Assembly (NCBI RefSeq): GCF_000143415.4
Contig: NW_003314277.1
Span: forward strand, 445,183-509,182
DNA from: Selaginella moellendorffii
Taxonomy: Eukaryota > Plantae > Lycopodiophyta
Direction of reading: 5' to 3'
DNA length: 64,000 nt
Both the position numbers and the translations under genes were made by a program. The notes beneath the pieces are model-generated. The model saw nothing but the letters and a program-made list of their open reading frames with translations. It had not been told where the DNA came from and did no database searches. Shown in pieces: positions 59,984 to 64,000 of this stretch; positions within the stretch are counted from its first letter, which is position 1; each line of letters starts with the position of its first letter.

Positions 59984-61797
59984 ATGGCGGCCACGACTTC
60001 GTTGCCCCCGGGATTTGGGGGCCTGGCGATGATGCGGCCACACGAAAATCCCCCGACTAGGCTCCGGCGTTCGAGGGGAAAGAGGGTTTCATGGGCACCG
60101 GCGGATCATCTTTGTCAGGTAAGATGGCAAGCGCGATTTCTTTTTGTGAATGTGTATGTTAAAAAGGGTTGTGTGTTCCAGGTGCGCATGTTTCTCGCGG
60201 AAGACGCTCCCTTTCGTGCCGGAATTCCGCAAGACCAAGACGAGCTCCAAGGGAAAACGTCGACCTTTATGCAAAGAACCGATGACCTTCCTCCGGGATT
60301 TGGCGGCGGCGTGGTTTCGTGCTTGAAGACCGATGCCGAGCTTGTTGCTGCCTCTGTAGCTGCCGCTATCCCCTGGAAGTCCCCCCAAAAGGTAGTGGAA
60401 CATCGCCCATCTCGCTTGCTCTTTCTAAACTTCCACCCTTTTCGCAGATCGAACTAGATCCCTCGTGGCACGTAGAAGCTGGCGAAGGGAGCAGCGAGGT
60501 AGAAATCCAGCGACAACGGGAGTCCAAAACTCTAGAAGCAGTGTATCCACGCTCGACCGCGATCCCCAGCAGGTCAGTCCCTAGTTCTTTCCCTGTTTCA
60601 ATTCGCTGTTTCGGCCGGCCCGCTAATCCAAGGCTTTGTTTGCACAGTCCTTCGGAAGCTCCAAATGAGATCCAGCCCCCTCTGGACGACAGGCTAGTGT
60701 TGGTTATCCCCGTGTCAGCTCCGGACGAAGACTCGGACGGGGACGAGGCCCCCTCCTCGTCCTCCACATCGGGGCAAGGTAAAACTGGGTGTGATAAGCC
60801 ATACAACAGCTACGGGTTTAACCACACGGCAGTTTCTAACGAGGCCGCCATCGCCGCCGCCGCCGCGAGAGGCTACTGCGGTGGTGCTGGTATCGCAGCG
60901 GCCGCGGCGGCGGCGGCGGCTGTGAGCAGCGCCATAGACCCAAGCCTGCTTTTACAATTGCTAGCAAACCCGTCGCTCGTTGAGACCCTTTCGGGTGTAC
61001 GAAACAATTCATTGGTAAATACATCAAATGGAAATGGTTCAGTGCCTCCGAATCAATTGGTGGCAGGAGTCAAGAACTTAACCAGTAACTCCACCACTGT
61101 TAGCACCATCACCCAAAATGTTTCGTCCATGGGTTTTTCAGAGGCGGCGGCTGCTGTTTCTTCATACCCCCCGCCACCACCGCCGCCGCATCCTTCTCTC
61201 GGATCATCCCCGCCGGCTGCTTCTAGCTCTGGTTCTGCTCCAGCTCCGGCTCCTCCAGGGACAGCTTCGGTTTCTTCGTCGTCAGCTCCGGCATGGGTCA
61301 GTCCCTTTCAAGCTCAGCAGGCTTCGGTGTCGACGAGCGATGAGATCTTCGGGGGGTTTTCAGCCATGAACAAGAGTCCGATGATGGTTCAACCGCAGCA
61401 GCAGCAGCAACAGTTTATGTATCCCACCTCGCAGCCGCAGCAACATCAGCAGCAACAGAACTTGACGAGGCAAAGCGAGCTCTACTTCCGGGATCTTGTC
61501 ATGCAACACGGTGCTAATGGTGGTGGTGGTGGTGGTGGTGGTGGCGGTGGTGGCGGTGGTGGCGGTGGTCTCGCAGGAAACCAGAATGGTTACTATGGCA
61601 ATGGGTTGGTTCCGGGGATGGAGACAGGGAACAAGGGGATGAGCAGGGCACGCAACAGCAGGACGTGTGCGTATTTCAACACGCCAAAGGGGTGCAGGAA
61701 CGGGCTCAAGTGTCCGTTTGTACACGACGGCAAGAGAGCTGCATCGGAGTTGACCCTTCATCAGCACCAACAACAAGCCAAACGGATGAGAGGCTGA
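59984..61797 (+). CDS. CCCH zinc-finger protein with PP1-docking motif (PNUTS-like), multi-exon
   Basis: KRVSW motif, DDLPPGF, ESKTLEAVYPRSTAIP, IDPSLLLQLLANPSLVE and C-terminal CAYFNTPKGCRNGLKCPFVH. Confidence 0.87.
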
Positions 61798-64000
61798 GAT
61801 TGACGAAGCTTCCACTCCACTCTCCACTCTCCAAAGAAATAGAAAACCAATGTTTGTTGAATACAAAATGACGACAAAGGGTCTTTACTTGCATACTCTT
61901 GGTATATTCTCACACTTTGAGTTCCTGTATATTTTTTGGTTTGCTTAAACAAGTTTCAATACAGGCTCCTTTTTCCTGGTTCATAATTTCGAGAATGTTT
62001 TTTAACATAACTTAAAGAACTTACTTAAATATTTGCTTGGACATGGTGATCTTTTTCCTTGATCTAAGGAGTTACTAGAAAAAGATGATGGATCTACAGT
62101 AATAAAGAAAGTAGGATTTTTATCTATACTGTCACTTAATTTTATTCTCATGTTGAATTTGAAGCTAGATTATTGTATGGGAAGCCCTTACCAATTGAGA
62201 GATAATTATTATTAAATGGTTGGCAAGTCTGACGGGCCCAAAGGGAATAAGGTATATTGTTCGTTTCTCTGGATTGTTTGTCTCCTCCAGAGGCTGCTAC
62301 ATTGCATGCACTATAGGTACTTAGTGAAATAATTGACTTTTGTGAGCATGATCTGAGACATGTTTCTAAATGTATATCAACTCTTAAAATATGCCAGAAT
62401 GTCCAAGCATATTTAGTACTCCTAATATTTTATTAATTTTAATCTGAAATATGGCAACTGTAAACTTTAAATTAAATAGAAAAGTTTAAGAGTAGAACAT
62501 CACAACTGTTACAATTAATATAAAAAAATATGCCTGGAAGATTTTTTATATATTCCTTACATCAAAAGACAAATCTGTTTTTCAACTTTCAAATGAAATG
62601 CATTTAAAAAAGCGTTTCATCTAGCTATTATTATTCATATTATTAACGTTTTATATCTTGAATATGATAATATCTATTCGTATTAGAAATTATGAATCAG
62701 GAAAAAGGAGCACATATTATTTATATCTAGAATATGCTATATCTATTTGTATTAGAGAATATTATTATAACCTTTCATTCAAATTTCAAATCACTTCTAG
62801 TGATTTAGGGCTTTTGCACCCACCACGCTATTACATTAGATTTTAGAAATTCTAATTTAATAGTTTAACTTAATGGTAATTCGTTCAGACCAAAAATTAC
62901 CATTAACTTAGATTAATGGTAACATTAGCATTTTCTTTGTATTTTTCCTTAAAATCCTAATGCTACACTTTTCTAGCATTATAATTAAAATATTCAAGAA
63001 TATTGCTTAAGGATTTAGCACAGTCCCTCTTCTCCGCAAAGACGATGCCAAGATCAAGAAAGGTAGGGTGCTGGAATCAATCAATTGCTAAACTCTCGAG
63101 CTGTGCAATCAATCAATCCTTACGCTACTAAAGTTGTGAGGGACTCCGGTTGCTAGCCATCAATCAATTGCACTCAATCGCTGCAATCGCTGCCTACTAG
63201 GGTCTTGAGGCAGCACTCCCACGGGAGCTGTGGGGATTCGCAGGAGCTCCACAATCACTGTATAATGATAAAAAATGAAATGTGAACGAAATGTGAATAA
63301 ATAACCTAATATAAATGGTTATGTGAACTGACTTTTTAGCAAAAATGAGAAAAATTTATAGCATTAAAATTTTAAATTAGGTTAAAATCATTTAATTTAA
63401 AAGTTTTAATTAATTTAAAAGTGAGTGCAAAAGTCCCCTTAAACAAAGCAATAGTAACAACTAAATGTCTCATTAATCTTCCGTGTCTCCAATCTGTGCT
63501 GTGAGTTTCTCACTGTGAATTTCCTGGCAATCCAAGCGTAACCTTTTCTGAGCCTGACTTGCAATTGTCAAGTATGGTTGACCATGACAATCTCTTTTCA
63601 CTCCAGATATTGAAAATTTGATTGAATGCGGGAGCTATTTGCTCCGGCACTAATGTGGTTTAGAAAAACCGTTTAGAGTGCTTAGTTGTGATTCTTCATT
63701 CCGCCTGCAAACCAGAGCATATGATGAATCCAAAACGACTGGAAAGGCGTCTCTAAGCTCCGGGCTGCAGCGTTAAACCTTCTCGGTGGAAAACTAGTTC
63801 AAACAAACGTTAACCTTCACTCAAAAAATGGTACCTTAAGGCTCGTATTTACCTTGGGCAAGGAGTTGTGCACATCAGCAGCCAAACGTGATGTTCCAAA
63901 CGCTCGCAACCTCGGGCTTCTCCACATGATGAAGCTTACGGTTCCTATAACACCTCCATTAGTCATACTCTATCAACACAACTTTAGACTTGCCTGTGGC

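Noticed and set aside
63470-64000. Possible 3' exons of a minus-strand gene running off the window
   Set aside because: Splice-like signals are present but no recognisable protein motif, so I cannot support a call.

Overview
Compact, gene-dense land-plant nuclear DNA with short (~50-60 nt) GT-AG introns, GC-rich exons and AT-rich spacers. It is most consistent with a lycophyte such as Selaginella, which is an inference from gene style and not a database result. Conserved genes lie at both ends. On the left are a PLS/E-class PPR gene, tRNA-Ile(AAT), an SF3A1-like gene, a Lung-7TM/TMEM87-like gene, SEC13 and a GulLO-type FAD oxidoreductase. On the right are SLX1, ZRSR2/RGH3, a DUF4283 ORF, a FatB-type thioesterase, RPL14 and a PNUTS-like CCCH gene. 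The middle (~6-50 kb) is a rearranged accessory region with five main components: (1) two intact, very AT-rich paralogues encoding signal peptide + unassigned domain with by-eye similarity to microbial barnase/RNase Sa + GNA/bulb-type mannose lectin; (2) an array of TPR-SET (ATXR1/SDG35-like) genes and pseudogenes co-duplicated with Lung-7TM fragments; (3) a decayed Ty3/gypsy element carrying a nested solo LTR and a Cassandra-like TRIM with 5S-rRNA-derived LTRs; (4) a candidate gene-capturing Helitron; (5) a copia remnant. A U12-type intron signature is nested inside a U2 intron of the minor-spliceosome factor ZRSR2. There is an assembly gap at 27853-28142. All family assignments come from motif recognition by eye; no searches were run.
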